Assembly (NCBI GenBank): GCA_003427395.1
Contig: BFEA01000001.1
Span: forward strand, 5,330,203-5,394,202
Length of the DNA stretch: 64,000 nt
DNA from: Chara braunii
Lineage: Eukaryota; Plantae; Charophyceae
Reading direction: 5' to 3'
Within the stretch, counting starts at the first letter, position 1, and the number at the start of each line of letters is the position of its first letter. A program made the position numbers and the translations under genes. The notes beneath the pieces are model-generated. The model worked only from the letters and a program-made list of their open reading frames with translations. It made no database searches and had not been told where the DNA came from. Shown in pieces: positions 62,101 through 64,000 of this stretch.

Positions 62101-64000
62101 CCGAGGCTGAGCAGGAACCCCACTCAGCCCTAGTTGAAGCATGCTCGAACAAGCCCCGTTGTACAGGTACTTCGGGCGCTAGCTTGTAGCAGAGCTCCCA
62201 CAACCCCCCCGTCCCCCTAGAACACCCCGTGACTCAACTGTGCCACCCGTAGCAACCTCTACCATCCCCCCTGGTGCTCTCCCTTCCTCGGAGCAGGACA
62301 GCCCAAATCTGTTCTTGCCCCAATCCTGGCATCACCTCCCATCCACAATGATGCCCCTTCAGAGCAATGCGCACCCTAACCCCCCATCCCCGCATTGACT
62401 AGGACAGCCACCCACTACCCCCTCTCTCTAGAAGTGAGCTATACGTGAAATACGTGGTGCATCGGACCATCAGAATCTAACCCTGGACCTATCCCTTGCA
62501 GCACACCGGCTCAGACCTACTGAGCTACTACATCAACTAATCTCTCTGTGGGCTGGGCTCGGAGACAAGTACATGAGGTGACAACCTATACCCAATGGAG
62601 CATGCACAGGGGAGGTTGAGGATGGAGACGATACAACCCTCAAACACCACATTGCAATGCCAGAGCTCTAACCCACTGAGCTACCACCACTTGTCTCAAA
62701 TTAGCCTTAATACCAATTGCCGGTGGGCAACATCCACCACCCCACCGCTTGTCGAGATTGGAACCAACCCCTGCCCTGTATGAGACCTATGACAAAATTC
62801 AAAGCCGAGAATCACCCACCACCACCAAAGAAGACCACACATGGCATCTTCAAACCACTCCCAAATGCCAGAAAAGCCTCCATAGAACAAGAAGAAAGGC
62901 CCTGCCACAGCCAGGAAATACATTCCAAACAAGACAGATAGGCAGGAAACAAGAGTTGACAGAAAATGGGGACAAATAGAATCTCTGTAAACCTAGGCGA
63001 AAAGGAAAAAGGAACGGACGGACGACTGTGACAGTGTTTCGCCAGAGTTTTGAGGACGCTTCCGGAGCCTGATCCATCTGGAATCCAGCTGCAGGTGGGC
63101 ACCAACCACAAGCTCCCTCACAAATTACACTGCCAATAAACACCAAACACTGATGTTTGCTATCGTGCTGCGACCCCAGAGGCCTGAGGGCGTACTCTGC
63201 TTCCATGCAACTCCAAAGGCCTGCGAGCATAATCTGCTCCGATGCTGCAACCCCAGACACCTGAGAGAGCATACTTGCACTTTCCTGCAGGTATCCAACT
63301 GCAACCATGGTTGGTACTGGATATATCTGAGGTTGGTACTGGATATACCTGACCTCAAGTACTTCCAGGAATCAGTCAAAGAGTACTCACCAGGTTAAGT
63401 GTGGTGCTCCAGGGTTGGGAAGGCCAACAGGATCGCCAAAAAATGGTTTGCGAGCAGTGGTTGTTTGCATCACCAGAGCCACAAAACATGAAAAGACACC
63501 AGCAATGGAAATCTTGGGCAATAAAATGAGGACGGCCTTTCTCCAAACGAGAAAATAGAACGACGAAGAACTAAACCAAATAGCCAGCACTAAAAGAAAA
63601 GCAACAAAGAGCCAACATTCTCACAAAGGACACACATTGGCGGCATTTCTTTACATCGCAGAAAGCCAACATTATGAGCCACTCCAGTCATGTCACTTGC
63701 AGATGATTAACAAAAGTGCCTCTGGGAAACTTCAAGATATTTCATAGCACTTGTTTCCCAAGCTGGGGTGCATGTCATCAAGGTGGCTCATATCTAAGCT
63801 AATCTCAAAATAATCCATGCTTCGGAGTATTTGTCGCAACGGGCCATTAGAGTGCACATGGACTGTGTTTCAAGCCGCCAGTACGTTGCCCAGGCAAACT
63901 TGAGATTCGAGATCGATCCAATCCGCAGATTCCGGGTGAACAGAGCTACCAGACAATATTGACTGGCTGCGCCAACCAAAATAGGTAAAAAAAAACAATA

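Overview
Repeat-rich eukaryotic genomic DNA from the plant/green-algal lineage. The plant-type U6 copy, tRNA-iMet PBS and TE landscape suggest a charophyte such as Chara (inference). The assembly is a draft with N gaps and two embedded Nextera mate-pair junction adapters. Only one convincing host gene is present: an intronless-CDS hnRNP F/H/ESRP-like protein with four qRRMs (32889-34538, minus strand). Nearly everything else is mobile DNA. (1) 1-11056 is an unusual Ty3/gypsy element: a decayed gag-PR-RT-RNaseH frame, a separate ORF with a PHD finger fused N-terminally to the integrase, and three extra sense ORFs chained by start/stop overlaps. These are followed by a palindromic CA-ta-TG junction and a 2.4 kb LTR-like unit that matches the 5' end over only 65 bp. 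(2) A second, 3'-truncated gypsy element lies at about 16.6-22.7 kb, with a related LTR-like unit upstream. (3) There are many MITEs (hAT with 8-bp TSDs, MULE, Harbinger, TA-flanked and a TTAA-flanked family), L1-like fragments, tRNA-derived SINE heads, hammerhead-like motifs and a retroposed U6 pseudogene. The best candidate for an undescribed system is the polycistronic PHD-integrase gypsy element.
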